Source: Octopus sinensis
Lineage: Eukaryota
Assembly (NCBI RefSeq): GCF_006345805.1
Contig: NC_043002.1
Span: forward strand, 65,596,001 to 65,660,000
Length of the DNA: 64,000 bases
Direction of reading: 5' to 3'
Shown here piece by piece: positions 1 to 12,192 of this stretch. Position 1 is the stretch's first letter. Each line of letters starts with the position of its first letter. Under the pieces are notes generated by a model that saw nothing but the letters and a program-made list of their open reading frames with translations, was not told the origin of the DNA and did no database searches. The translations under genes and the position numbers were made by a program.

Positions 1-200
1 CAATCTTGAAAGCTACACTATGTTGTAACCACTTAAGATTTTTTTCTTCCTTACGTGTTCCTTTCCACAATATTGTGGTTTCTCGGTATAGTAATGTCAA
101 TAATGGAACATTAGTTTGTTTCTTCTTTTTTTTTACCAATACAATGCTAGGTTTTCACTCTTTCATTAAACTGGGTTTTTTTTGGGGAGGTCTTTTTGTC
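1..200 (-). pseudogene. Degenerate RLE endonuclease fragment of an R4/Dong-like non-LTR retrotransposon
   Basis: Manual minus-strand translation gives KPSIVLVKKKEETN*CSIIDITIPRNHNIV. This matches the RPDIV..K....LID...P.D.N motif of the better-preserved copies at 2553-3273 and 4845-5200. Stops and frameshifts are present. Confidence 0.5.
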
Positions 201-729
201 TTCAGTTTGTTGAATTACTATGTTATTCTTTGAGTTCGAAATCAACCGGAACGAGCATTACCTTTCGTTCTTTAAAAGTCGATTAAAGTATCAAGCAATT
301 AGTTGGATCAATTTAATTGACTATAACTTAAATCCAAATATTTATGGATTTGCACCTGTGTTGGATGTCATAATCATCGCTGTCATCGTCGTCATCATCA
401 TTAACATCATCATCATTATCTTCATCATCGCAAACCCATTCTCCAGGCTCTTTACGTTATTAGTTCAAATACCGCGGTTGTCGACTTTGTCTTTCTTCTT
501 TTCTGGTTCGATGCAATAAAGTGCCAGTTAGATTTCAGAATTGTTTGAGCAAAGGGCGAAATACCTTGTTGTCTTTCTTTTGGTTCTTAAAGTATTTGGT
601 TCACGTCCTGCCGATGTCAGCTTTGTCTTACATCCTTTCAAAGACGATTAAGTACGTAACAGTACTTGTGTCAATGTAACTGTCTAGACCCTTCCCACAA
701 AAATTCAAGCTTTGTGACAATATTTGAAA

Positions 730-1035
730 GAATTTTCATGAACATTTGATGAAAAATGTCAGCTTATTTTGCTGGGTATGATGGAAAGTTCCGGCTGCCC
801 ACAACCAGCAGGCTAAGGTGACACTTGTTTACTGATCATGCTTCAATGACCCAGCGGAGATCTCTTGCTGTTCCAAGCAATAATGATTTTTGTAGGTGTT
901 CTATCTATACATTTGTACTAACCCTTTTGAGCCATATTGGATTGCTGATACTTCCAAGCGCGCCAGTTACTACTGGTATCACGTCCACTCTCTTCATTGC
1001 CAACAACGATGTATTTCCCACTTCAAATCTTCATA
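730..1035 (-). mobile_element. 3' end of an R4/Dong-like RLE retrotransposon (C-terminus plus 3' UTR)
   Basis: Minus strand reads MKRVDVIPVVTGALGSISNPIWLKRVSTNV*IEHLQKSLLLGTARDLRWVIEA*, the IP.VVGALG...LQK..LLGTA.ILR terminus shared with other copies in the window. Confidence 0.75.
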
Positions 1036-1069
1036 GTTGTCTCCGCCCCTCACTCCGCCGAGATCGAAC

Positions 1070-1590
1070 TGGCTAGTCTGTTCTGGAGGACTTTTCGGTT
1101 GGGAACTATCATGGATAATTTTCAAATGTCCTTGGTCTGGCTGTGGTACGGGGTGGGGAGCCGCTACAGGTTTTAGACAAACTCTACAGGCACGGATATG
1201 CTTTCAGACGGAATTGCCCGAGGTGCACACCCTCATTCAGTGTCCGGGCATTGCTAACTTGTGGGGTTATGCCAAACAGCTGCTGTCACGTGTGGCAGGG
1301 ATCGGTCTGTCGGCCAAGTCTGTAGTGATGATCGCACCGCTACTCTCCTTCAGTCGAGCAGGCAAGGGAGTTTTCCTTTGCCTGATGGCTATGGCAAAAG
1401 CCTGAAAGGAAGGATGTTTGGGGACAAGGCTGAGGAGAGATGCATATCTCTTTAGTACAGCTCTCATTGACTTCTTCAAGTTTCACTTGAAAAGGATATT
1501 TGAGAGTTCGGAGAGAAGTGCTGTCCTTGAGTAAGTTTATTGAAAGGTGGGTGAAATTTGCGAAATGGTAAGTGTAGACGTGTGAGTAGG
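1070..1590 (+). pseudogene. Degenerate 3' ORF2 fragment of a Tx1/L1-clade retrotransposon
   Basis: Frameshifted peptides MDNFQMSL, LDKLYRHG..RNCPRC and LIQCPGIANLWGYAKQLLSRV..IGLSAKSVV align by eye with the ORF at 50688-51782 (MDNFQRSL, RDKLYRHG..TCPRC, LVQCPTISDLWAYVEQLLSRV..VGLSAESIV). Confidence 0.85.
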
Positions 1591-1883
1591 AGAGAAGGAA
1601 CTGGAGAGGGCACTTGCTCTAGGAGTTTCAAGGAAATTTCGAACAGTGGTGTTCCTCGATTACCCCTAGAGGCCTTCCTGCATCAGGAGCGCCACATCTC
1701 TAACATCCTCCCCGCTACTTTTTTTAAACTTTTGTATGTTATGTATATGTCCCTTATTTCCCAGTGTATACCGTGTATACTTCCTTTTCATTTTTTGACC
1801 CTGTCATAACAAAACCCCCACACTTTGTACTGTCTTTATACTGTCCTCCTCATCCCTCGCACTTGTGACAAATAGATGAAATC

Positions 1884-1896
1884 ATTATTGTTATTG

Positions 1897-1967
<71 letters not shown>

Positions 1968-1982
1968 GTTATTATTATTATT
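1884..1982. repeat. (TTA/AAT)n microsatellite
   Basis: Direct reading. Confidence 0.95.
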
Positions 1983-2438
1983 GAGTGAGAGAGCAGCGAA
2001 TAGCATCATAGTGACACTAGGGTAAAATATACGAAGCCCAGTATTCCCATCATGACTACCCGTCTGATAAAGGTACACCAGGCACATACATCGCAACCAT
2101 ATGTACGTGACATGGTGATCTCATATCAAGATTAACAGCGCATGACCTTGCAGGTGGGGCTCAGTTAGAAGCCCGTTTGCCTCAAGTAGACCATTCCACT
2201 CAAAAGTTCCCTGAATTAGAGTTGTTTAAGGATGATGAACAAAATACCTGTTTCCAGCGGTGAATTATTCAAACCCCAAAGAATTCCTCTCAACACATGG
2301 TCATGATGTTCCCCCGACTACTTTTACTCGTAATCAGAAATCCACATATTGTCAGCTGATAAGGGGCATGCTCAATTGGTTATGGTCAAACAACAGACAA
2401 GCAATTCTGTGGTATTGAGTAGAATATTTGCTGTAGCC
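1983..2438 (-). mobile_element. Non-coding repeat X, probably the long 3' UTR of an R4/Dong family, ending in (AAT)n
   Basis: Homologous to 60980-61515 (+) along its length and to 9634-9672 (-). All three end CAGTGTCACT..GATG..A.GCTGCTCTCTCA(C/T)TC followed by (AAT)n. The 3' UTR assignment is inference. Confidence 0.7.
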
Positions 2439-2454
2439 TATTATTATTATTATT

Positions 2455-3272
2455 CAGTAGTTTTATTTTTTATAGCGTGCTTTCACTTCACTACCGAGCG
2501 CAGCTCTGTGTGCCTTGGGTATGTGCTGTGATTTTCTGTGATGCTCTGATGGTTATTGTATGGAAAGTGTTCTGCGTAGGATGTGAGCAGTGCCTAGTAG
2601 TGCAATTTTCTGTATGGTATATGTGTTTGTAAGTCCTGGTATTTTTGCTATGTATTTGTCTGAATATTTTTTTTCATGCCTAATGCACCTACTATGATAG
2701 GAATTGTTTCTGTTTTTAGATTCCACATTCTGGTTACCTCTATTTCCAGGTCTTTGTATTTTGAAAGTTTCTCCATTTCTTTTAGAGACACGTTGTCATC
2801 TGCTGGTATTGATACATCAATTAGAAAGCATTTTTTTCTTCGTGATTTCTGACAACTATATCTGGTCTGTTGGCCTTAATTTCTCTATCTGTGTGTATCG
2901 GCATATCCCAGAGTATGGTTGCTTTCTCGTTTTCTGTGACCTTTTCTGGTATGTGCCTATACCATCTTTTATCTGTTGTTATTCCATAATGTTGGCATAG
3001 CTTCTAGTGTATGTATGTTCCAACTCTGTCATGTCTGTGAATATATTCCTTCTTAGCCAGGACTGGGCAGCCAGAGATAATATGATTTATTGTTTCTTGT
3101 CCATCTCCACATATTCTGCAGTTACTTGTTATATTTCTTTTCATTACATGTTTTCGGTAATTTCTGGTGGGGAGGCTTTGGTCTTGTGCTGCAATTAAAA
3201 ATCCCTCTGTCACTGCTTTGAGTCCTGAGCTTCTCAACCATTGCTGGGATTTTTCTTTGTCTATTTCTTTTG

Positions 3273-3273
<1 letters not shown>
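2455..3273 (-). mobile_element. 5'-truncated R4/Dong-like retrotransposon (family B): CCHC zinc knuckle, RLE endonuclease and 3' UTR
   Basis: Reads WLRSSGLKAVTEGFLIAAQDQ, CRICGDGQETINHIISGCPVLAKKEYIHRHD, ANRPDIVVRNHEEKKCFLIDVSIPADDN and IQKIALLGTAHILRRTLSIQ* (stop 2553-2555), with one internal stop at 3004. (AAT)n lies on both sides. Confidence 0.92.
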
Positions 3274-3318
<45 letters not shown>

Positions 3319-3320
<2 letters not shown>

Positions 3321-3358
3321 CGTCACTGCCTGGAATCGAACTCGGAATCTTAAGGTTA
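3319..3358 (-). mobile_element. Partial tRNA-derived SINE head followed by (AAT)n
   Basis: Minus strand AAGATTCCGAGTTCGATTCCAGGCAGTGACGTG then (AAT)n. It carries the B box GAGTTCGATTCC and matches heads at 10163-10220 and 56514-56568. Confidence 0.75.
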
Positions 3359-3541
3359 TTATTGTCATCACTGTCATCAATCCCATTATCAGCCTGAACA
3401 CCACCTTACTACAGCGGTTGATGACGGAATTTCTTTTAAAAATAGGTCATAAAGTGTCGGCACTTGAGTACTAATGTGTACTCATGACTTTTGCTTCAGC
3501 TTTTTTTCCATGGGCGCATGTAAGTATTTCATGTATTTCTA

Positions 3542-3617
3542 TTCGTATTTTCTACTGACGAGGAAAAAATCTATTATGAGATTAATTCCGAAATTGATTC
3601 AATATAGAAATAACGAA
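3542..3617 (+). ncRNA. Type I hammerhead ribozyme, structurally complete
   Basis: Helix I is TTTCTA 3549-54 / TAGAAA 3605-10, extended past a 2x2 loop by TTCGT/ACGAA. The core is CTGACGA 3555-61. Helix II is GGAA/TTCC, an AA/AA loop, then AATCT/AGATT. GAAA is at 3590-93. Helix III is ATTG/CAAT with loop ATT. The cleavage triplet is AUA (H17 = 3604). Confidence 0.85.
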
Positions 3618-3772
3618 CTTTTTTTTTTAAATTCTGTTGGCTAGCTTTCCTTGATTTCAGCACAACGTATTTCTGTAGTGGGTATATAATAATATGTGGA
3701 AATTGACGATTTAAAAGTCAGTTATCAGCATATTGGCATAGAAATAATTTTCTTTCACTCTTGTTTATATGT

Positions 3773-3819
<47 letters not shown>

Positions 3820-3867
3820 GCATATCCATTTATACTTACATATATATATATATATTATATGTCATAC

Positions 3868-3873
3868 AAAGAT

Positions 3874-3961
<88 letters not shown>
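3868..3961. repeat. (GATA)n microsatellite without insertion
   Basis: Direct reading. Similar uninterrupted arrays lie at about 30422-30640, 36468-36632 and 39105-39210. Confidence 0.95.
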
Positions 3962-3962
<1 letters not shown>

Positions 3963-4436
3963 TCAGACAGACATATATGAAATGGCGGCGCTTAAGCATG
4001 GCTACATATTATTTGGAGAGATACATACACAGAGGGATAAGTGATTAGTTATACATATATAGATATATTCATAAATACATACATATACTCATACATGCAT
4101 CCATACATATATAATTTCTTAAATCGTTAAAAATGTTTTAGCCCGAAGGCCGCGGCCATGCATACAAGTATACATACACATATGCATACATACATATATA
4201 GGTACATACATGCATACATATATATCTTGATGTTGAAATTCCAATGAAGAAACCTTGGATCTAGGTTAGAAAACGACTCTTTCTCTATTGGCAAAAAATC
4301 TTGAAATAAAACTAAACAATGACATACATACATACATATACAGACATTCTTACATAAATATATGTGTGAGCAAACTGGCAGTATCATTCGGGCTTCTCAG
4401 AATATTTCACAATATTTATCATGATATTTGATAATA

Positions 4437-4629
4437 CAGTTCTATATTTAAGAGATGAGGAATTATGTACATTATTTTACATTATTTACATTTGACGGAT
4501 ATTTGTCCTCATATTGTTGTTGTTAACACAACGTTTCGGCTGATATACCCTCCAGCCTTCATCAGTTGTCTTGGGGAAATTTCGAACCTGGATTCTCACC
4601 CCCTAAGGTATTTTTCGATGTTGTTGGTG

Positions 4630-4630
<1 letters not shown>
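4437..4630 (-). mobile_element. Penelope-like terminal-repeat-type tail containing a minimal hammerhead (3' part of the tRNA/(AAT)n/HHR SINE)
   Basis: Near-identical to 56142-56329. On the minus strand it follows (AAT)n at 4632-4665. Confidence 0.75.
4525..4570 (-). ncRNA. Minimal type I hammerhead ribozyme motif with palindromic helix III
   Basis: Minus strand GACAA-CTGATGA-A-GGCTG-gagggtatat-CAGCC-GAAA-CGTT-GTGTT. The core is intact, with an extra A between A9 and helix II. Helix III is the ACGU palindrome, the triplet is GUU, and helix I GACAA/GTGTT has a mismatched closing pair. Confidence 0.7.
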
Positions 4631-4665
<35 letters not shown>

Positions 4666-4666
<1 letters not shown>

Positions 4667-7600
4667 TTTTTTTTTTTTCTTCTTTCAAATTTTCTTCCAT
4701 TTCTTGCCGAGTGTCTTCCCGACTCCTAGGGCAAAGAAACTCATAGTGTATATTGGTAGGCCATTAAACCAAACTCAGAAGTTCGTTCATTTTTTTTTTT
4801 TTTTTTTTTTAAGTTAGATTAAAATACATGAGCAGCAACAGTTCTCACATCGACAATGCTCTTCTCAATACGTGTGATGTACCAGTTAAGACAATCTTTT
4901 GCACTTCTTGCAGGGATGGTAAGCCAGGGATCATTCTCATATAATTTTCGGTTCCCTTCTTGATCATTCCTAGTGCTCCTACGATCACTGGTATTGTAAC
5001 CGCCTTGAGATGCCACATTTTCTCAATTTCAATGAGTAGGTCTTTATATTTTCTGAGCTTGTCAAACTCTTTCGCTGAGATATTATGATCACAGGGGATG
5101 CTCATGTCGATCAATAAGCAAACTTTATTGTTTTGGTCTTTCACAACAATATCTGGTTTATTGGCCTTGATGGTTCGGTCTGTATGTACTGGAAAGTGCC
5201 ACAGAATGGTTACATTTTCTCCTTCAGTTACAGCCTCAGGGTGGTGATTATACCACTTGTCGGCAGTTTTGATATTGTAATGCCGACTTATTAGCCAGTG
5301 GAGATATTGGCCAACTCTGTCATGTCTTAATTTATACTCCACTGGTGCTAAGACTTTACATCCAGAGATTAGGTGGTCCACTGTTTCAATCATGTCGTTG
5401 CAGAATCGGCATTTTGGGTCTGCTCCATTTTTCATCACATTGGCCTGGCTTTGGTCTTGAGCAGCTAGGATGAAACCTTCGCTCTCTGCTTTTAGCCCTG
5501 AGCTCCGCAGCCACTGATGGGTTTGCTTCTGGTCAACATCAGCTTGTTTGCTGCGGGTCACATATTTGCCGTGCAGAGGTTTCTCCTCCCACCTATCAGC
5601 CAATTGCTCGTGCGCTTTTTTCATTGCCATCATTTTCACCTTCTTTGCAACAATAGTTGCCGTACTTCCCTCGAGTTGTTCAGTTTGGGTATCCTGCACG
5701 AGATCAATAGCAAATTTTTTGCTTTCCTTGATGATAGAATGAAGCTTCTTTCGTCTCTCGTGATTTTCCACGAGCTTTAGCATCCAGTCATTCGATATTT
5801 CGAGATATTTGGCCAGTCCAATTGTGGTTGTTTTGTAAGCTAGTTCAAATTGGATCAGGCCTCGACCTCCTTGGGCTCTGGGAAGGTAAAGGCGATCTAC
5901 ATCTGCCTTTGGGTGGTGCATCCTATTACAACTCAGCAGCTTGCGTATTTTTCTATCTATATTCTTTACTTCACTCATATTCCAGTTCAACACATTGTAG
6001 CTATAAGTAACAACTGGAACTGCTAAGGAATTTATAGCTAACACCTTGTTACGTGCATTTAGTTCAGATTTCAGGACTGCACGAACTCTCCTATAACATT
6101 CCTTCCTGATTTTCTCTTTCATGCTTGCATGCTGAATACCAGAGCCTTCATTTATCCCTAAATATTTGTATGTCTGTTCTTGCTCAAGCTCTCTTATGAC
6201 TGTGTCAACATCTAACACACGACTGAATTTGTGGTCTTCACTTTCCCTTTCTGGAAAGTGGCCTTGGCACACTTCTCAAGTCCAAACTCCATCCCGATGT
6301 CATCGCTGAATGCTTTCACGGTGCGCAATAAGCCTTCAAGTTCATTTTTGTCTTTACCATAAAGTTTTAAGTCATCCATATAAAATAGATGGCTTATTTT
6401 TTTATTGGCAATTTTATACCCATACCCTGTTCTGTTTAATTCACTTGTAAGGGGTATTAGGGCTATGCAGAATATTAAAGGTGAAAGTGAGTCACCTTGA
6501 AAAATTCCACAGTTGATGTTTATATTTTCTGAGGCAAGTACTCCATTAGAGTGGTATAATTGGAGATTCGTATTCCACAACGACATATTGTGCTTCAGGA
6601 AGTTTGAAATCACAGGGGAAATTTTGAAGATGTCCAGCGATCTCAAGATCCATGGATGCGGTATACTGTCGAAGGCCTTTTTATAGTCAATCCATGCGGT
6701 GCCGAGATTTCTGCGCTTGTTGTGGCAGTTCTCAAGGATCATACGATTGATTAGCAGTTGATCTTTGCATCCGTAAGAGCCTCGGCGGCGGCACCTTTTG
6801 TTCAATGGGGAAAATATCGTTCTTCTCCATGAATGCATATGTTTTCTCCGCCAGGATAGATGTTAGGATTTTATACGTGGTGGATAGACAGGTTATAGGC
6901 CGATAGTGTTTTGGAAGGTTGGTTTCGTTATTCTTTGGGAGTAGGTAAGTAATGCCACTTGCTAACCATTCAGGTGTTTTCTTTGGGTCTTTCAAAATTC
7001 CATTGAGCAGCTGAACTAGCTTACCGTGTGCGCACGGGAGCGATGCGAGCCAGAAATTCGGCACCCTATCTTTACCGGGGGATTTCCAATTATGGGCCTT
7101 CGTGAGTGCCTTTCTTAGGTCTGCTATTGTGATGTCTTCCCATGCTTGTTGTTGTAAATTTTGGTAGGATCCTTCAGTTTGTATAATCCAGTTGCATTTA
7201 TGTTGTACGTCTTCTTGTCACTCCAAATCCTTTCCCAAAAGTTTTGAACTTCTTCCATGGGAGGGGGGTCTTTAACGGTTACTTTCTCCTTCCCTATTTC
7301 TCTGTAGAATTTTTTGGCATTGGATGTGAACAGCTTATTTTGCTTGTAAAACTTGTTTCTCTTCTCAAATCTTCGTATTCTTTGGGCTTTTGCTTGGACT
7401 TTTGTTTTTTCAGCGTTTCTTTTATTGATATCAGTTCTTCTCTTGGTGAGGATCCAAATTTTCTCTTCATCTTTCTTCCTGTTCTGGATCTTACATCATT
7501 TCCACATATTAGTTAATTTAATATTGATATTTCCCCTCTCATAAATTCAATCTCTTTTTCAATTTTACTTCTCCAGGTTTGATTTCTTCCCAGGTTTTGT

Positions 7601-8545
7601 TGTCTTTGTTTTTTCGGGGGCATACAGCTGGTTTCAATTGCCCTAGCAGAAGCGTAAAATATTTCATTTAACTCAGTAAAATCAGGTTTTAATTCTCGTA
7701 TTATTTCATTTGTTACATAGTTGCCAATTTGGATTTGTTTTTTATTTTGGTTTGTATTTGAGAGTTTATGAAGCGGTTCTCTATCATTCATACTTGTATG
7801 TCTTACAACTTCAAGCGTATTCAGGATTTTCTGCCTCATTTCTGCCATCGACTCTCTGTGTTCTTCAGCAAATGCGAGATCTTCAGTTACTGTTGTTTTT
7901 TCGTTTTCCTGGCTATCTTTAACAGGTACAATAGAATTTCTTGTATCTTCAGGCCTTTGCGTACTTTGGTCAGATGACAGTCTTTCAATTAAGCCTCGTG
8001 GCGGGCTATACTGTTCATCTGATTCTTCATTTCCTTTGTGTCTTATATTTATGTCATTTTCCGTTGCGTGCTTGATCGCACTTATTTCACTGTCTGTGAG
8101 TCTGTTATTTCTAAAGATATCCCTCCTCACATTTGCTAATTTGTTCTCGTCCAAATAGGGCCTACTGTCTTGATTCCGTGTTCTCCATATACTGTAAGAG
8201 TTTGCGGTGTGTCTCTCTTGAGATGGCCTACCTAATGCATAGTAATAAGCGTATATTACTTCTTTATACTCTTCTCGGGTCCATTTGTTCCGCTTACATT
8301 TTTCTTTCTGTGGTGGGTGTGGTGGTGAACTTGGAGGGCTCGAGTTGGGGGATTTCCCGTTCAAGTGACCATCCATGTCCGTATTCGGAGAAGAGTTTGT
8401 GCCAGTTGATGACTTTTCGATCCCAGGCTGGCTCTTCCCTGGGGGACGCGCTTCCAGATTAACCATAGGACAAGCGATTTGGTATACTGATTTAGTTTTC
8501 CTTTTAGTTTCCAAAAACATTTTGGTGCTACGATAATGTTATCAT
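4666..8545 (-). mobile_element. Near full-length R4/Dong-like RLE non-LTR retrotransposon (family A) with a single disrupted ORF (8520-4845)
   Basis: N-terminus KWTREEYKEVIYAYY...DENKLANVRR. RT motifs YRPITCLSTTYK, AWIDYKKAFDSIPH, GIFQGDSLSPLIFCIAL and LFYMDDLKLY. CCHC CRFCNDMIETVDHLISGC. RLE NKPDIVVKD..CLLIDMSIP.D. Several frameshifts and a stop at 7513. The 3' UTR ends in an A-run then (TAA)n. Confidence 0.95.
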
Positions 8546-9576
8546 TTTTTAGCTTTGATTGGCTCGTGGGGAGACGGCCATCATTGCCGTTACAATTATA
8601 ATCGTACCATTATAGCAGCCGTAGTCGGCTTATTATTGTTATTATCTTCACCATTACCATCACTATCATCATTATCACCACCATTACCATCATCCTTATC
8701 ATCCACCATCACCATCACACACCATCATCATCAATGATATTGTTTTATGGTAGTCACAGCAGTATCTTATTATTGTTATTTTTGTTTTTTTTATCATTAT
8801 CACCATCACAGTAGTGTCTGTCTGTCTCGTTGGCTGGCTTGGTGGTTGGCTGGCTGACTGTCTTCAATGCCAGATTTCTTGCCTGTCAAATAATACTTTC
8901 ATATTTGGTTAACAATAGAGCCGAGGTGAGGGTTGTGTGTGTGTAGAGATAGATAGATAGAATATCAGCACTATTACTATCTTTTTTTTTTTTTTTTTTT
9001 TGGTGGGGTCAAAAAAAGTTCAGATGTTTACTACTATTAGCTTTAAGAAAAATTAAGGAAGGGGTGTTCTGTATTGTTTGTGAATAGAGAAGTTGTGTTC
9101 GACCAGAGAGAATCTTAGCATCATCATTTTTTTCCCATGTGCGTTTGTGTTATTGCAATAAAAAGTGTTTGTATATTTCGTGTAAGGTAATATTGTGGAG
9201 GTTGAAGTTGACCCCTCTAGAGATGTTTGTATGTCCAGTTAGAAGAACAGGTGTGTTTTTTCAATAAAAAGTATATGTTTACATTTATATTTGAATATTC
9301 TGGGAGGAAGCAAAGAAAAGTCAGATATTCATAGAAAGTTTTAGGGCTCTACAAGTAGAGGCAGTTGTGGGTATTAAAGTTTTTAAAGCCGATCGGATGC
9401 ATGTTTGAAAGCTGTAGATACGTAAATTTGTAAATTTGTTAACCCACTTTGAAGAGAATTTCAAATACTCACGAGGTATTGTAGATGTTCCAGTCTTTGA
9501 GAGTTACTTTTCCCCGCTGCTAAACTGGCCCATAGTGTTTCTATGGCCTTCGGCCACCGAACTGTCACCGACGTGA

Positions 9577-9577
<1 letters not shown>

Positions 9578-9633
<56 letters not shown>

Positions 9634-9703
9634 GAGTGAGAGAGCAGTGCATGCCATCAAAGTGACACTGGGATTATTATTATTATTAGTATTATTATTA
9701 TCA
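9578..9703. repeat. (TTA)n array containing a 39-bp 3' tip of repeat X (9634-9672)
   Basis: Direct reading. The tip matches the ends of 1983-2438 and 60980-61515. Confidence 0.85.
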
Positions 9704-10162
9704 TTGCCTTTGCACAGATCCTAACTACAGTTTCAGCTGTTCTACAGTGTACTACAGTGTCAGCTAATGTAACACCTCTTAATTTCCGAGCACCGCTGCT
9801 TTCTGCAAGTACTCGATCCTTATTGCAGCCCCTATTTGTACCACGTACGTCTCGAGATTTTTGCTCCGACAATTATTGGTACTACTAACACCTTTTTCAT
9901 CGACCACAACTGCTTAACCTCCCAAGCTAAACTGTCATATCTCTCGACTTTTCTTTCTTCCTTATCGCATACATTGTTGTCAAGGTTATCGCATACCATG
10001 CTTACGATCCAGCATAGTTAATTTTCTTTCTCAATTAAGACTATGTCCGGCTTCCTATTTTCTATCTCATGCTCGCGCTGAATCATAATATCCCATAGAA
10101 TCTTTGCATTTCTGTTTTCGACGATTCCTTCAGCTTTGTAGTCGTACCAATTTTTTGGTCCG
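9704..10162 (-). mobile_element. 5'-truncated R4/Dong-like retrotransposon (family C): RLE domain and 3' end
   Basis: Minus strand KNWYDYKAEGIVENRNAKILWDIMIQREHEIENRKPDIVLIEKEN*...ERYDSLAWEVKQLWSMKKVLVVPIIVGA. The 3' end TGTGCAAAGGCAATGATAATAAT is shared with 60741-60965. Confidence 0.88.
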
Positions 10163-10220
10163 GTCACTACCTGGAATCGAACTCGGAATCTTGAGGTTAG
10201 TAGCCCGCGCTCTTAACCAA
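10163..10220 (-). mobile_element. tRNA(Ser)-like SINE head
   Basis: TTGGTTAAGAGCGCGGGCTACTAACCTCAAGATTCCGAGTTCGATTCCAGG contains an A box (TGGTTAAGAGC), a CT-ACT-AA anticodon-like loop and a B box. There is no acceptor stem, so it is not a tRNA gene. Confidence 0.78.
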
Positions 10221-10880
10221 CATCGAATAATGATATTCTATGTTGTTAGTTCAAATCGCGACGTGAATTACGCAGGTAGATGAGTTAATCTATAGCACGA
10301 CTTAACTTCTTTTCCCATTAACGTCGCAGCGTTCTTTAGCATATGTGGCAAAAGCTTCCTGACTAGAATATAAATATGTACTAACGGGACCCATGAATAT
10401 TTCACGGCATTAATAGTAAACCTACTGAGTTATTTCTGAAAAATTTATTCAAAAAAATCCTGAAAGCGTAGCCTGTATTGTGTCTGTGTCAAAAGATAGT
10501 CGCTCAACTGCTAATCATTAAAAGGTGAAGGAAATTGTAATGCGATGATTATTTGATGGACTTTATATAATTTATGTACAATTTTATAGACTTATTTCAC
10601 AACACTCTCCCTCTTTCTCTCTCACTCTTCGCCTTAGCGTATTTTTCACTCTCGTTTTTCTTTCGTTCTTCACCTTTCCCTTCAACTAATCACGTGAAAG
10701 GCTAAGTAATGAAAGAAAAAAATCTTAGTTAAAAAAATACATATTTCACTTACAACCACCTGCACCTCCCCTCTCTTTCCCCACCCGCATCCGTCTCCCT
10801 TCAACTAATCACGCGAAAGCGTTACGGTTGGGCTAAGTAACGGAGTGACAAGTGGAAATATTATAAAGCGTGTACGATGG

Positions 10881-10983
10881 GGCAGTGACCTGGCAGAATC
10901 TTTAGCACACCGGGCAAACTGATTTGTGGTATTTCGTCCGTGTTTACGTTCTGAGTTCAAATTCTGCTGAGGTAGTCTTTGCC
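10881..10983 (+). mobile_element. tRNA-derived SINE fragment (family sharing GTTCTGAGTTCAAATTCCGCCGAGGTCGACTTTGCCTTTCATCC)
   Basis: Matches copies at 26403-26590, 33948-34488, 41165-41345, 44872-45259, 55858-56141 and 56580-56672. Confidence 0.75.
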
Positions 10984-11254
10984 TCTTAACTTTCATTGAA
11001 CTACCACACTAGACAGAGGTTTTGTTCGGTAGGATCCGACATCCGGTTAACCCTGAGTAACAAGACTTTTTATCATAAGCGCTCCAGTCATAACCATCAC
11101 GTGGATAATTTAAACTGCAATATACAAGATGGTAACATATTAAATGTAGATAAACTTGACAACTCTTAAACATAATAAGAGTCTTACGGTTCACAGAGCA
11201 GGTAACCCGGTAAATGGACCAAGGTCACAGCACTGACCCCAGTCGGTAGCAAGA

Positions 11255-11395
11255 TTACCCGCTTACAGCTGAATGGATTCAGACAGCATGAAATGAAGTC
11301 TCTTACAGAAGAGTACAACGCACAGCCCGGTCCGGAAATTTAAGCCACAATTTTGCGATCGTGAGTACATCGCCTTAACAACTCAGCCACGCAAT
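11255..11395 (-). mobile_element. Diverged tRNA/CORE-like SINE 5' part
   Basis: Aligns by eye with the head of 23575-23912. Confidence 0.6.
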
Positions 11396-11974
11396 TTCAC
11401 TCCTCCAAAATAATAAGGTGGTATTCGGTTTCTTTTAGCTGATAGTTTCGCTAGAACTCCAGTATAGCACATCCAAACATTATTTATACATTCATTCGTC
11501 TATCGGTCAATTTATATAAATCTGTCATGGTTTGCTCACACCTTTACAATTTTTACCACGCTCAATAGCTTCTATATCTTTCTCTTCTTTGGTTTATCAG
11601 TCTCTCATTTTTGAATCTATATATCTATATATATGAATATATATATATATATATATGTCTCTTTCTAGCCAGCTATCTCCTCTATTGCTTACAAAACTGT
11701 CCAAAGATGGAGACGTGTTTATTGTTAAGCTGTCTAAGTATTTGACTTTCGAATAACGAAAGATTAAATTTAATGGGAAGCCAAACAAAGAAACAATTGT
11801 ATGTGTATTTGCTTGCACACAGATACAGAACCACACACACACACACAAAAACACATACACACTTATTTGACTTACACACAAACACACGCACATCAAACAC
11901 ACAAAGATATTCATATTTCTATATTTGCTTCCGTTCCTATATATATGTGTGTGTATTTGTGTGAATACACAAGT

Positions 11975-12089
<115 letters not shown>

Positions 12090-12154
12090 ATATATATACA
12101 GTATATTAATACTTACATATGAATATACATACAACTATATATTGTGTGGATATA

Positions 12155-12192
<38 letters not shown>

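Noticed and set aside
1070-1590. Use of this Tx1 fragment as support for GATA targeting
   Set aside because: It has no (GATA)n flank and lacks the conserved 3' terminus. It is an older, diverged relative and is recorded as a possible exception.
4250-4295. Hammerhead-like CCAATGAAG-AACC..GGTT-AGAAA
   Set aside because: The core deviates at two positions and helices I and III cannot be formed. The similar CTCATGA..GAAAC at about 32459-32492 fails for the same reason.
10163-10220. tRNA-Ser gene
   Set aside because: It has A/B boxes and an anticodon-like loop but no acceptor stem or variable arm, so it is a SINE head. The same applies to the heads near 23900 and 38200.
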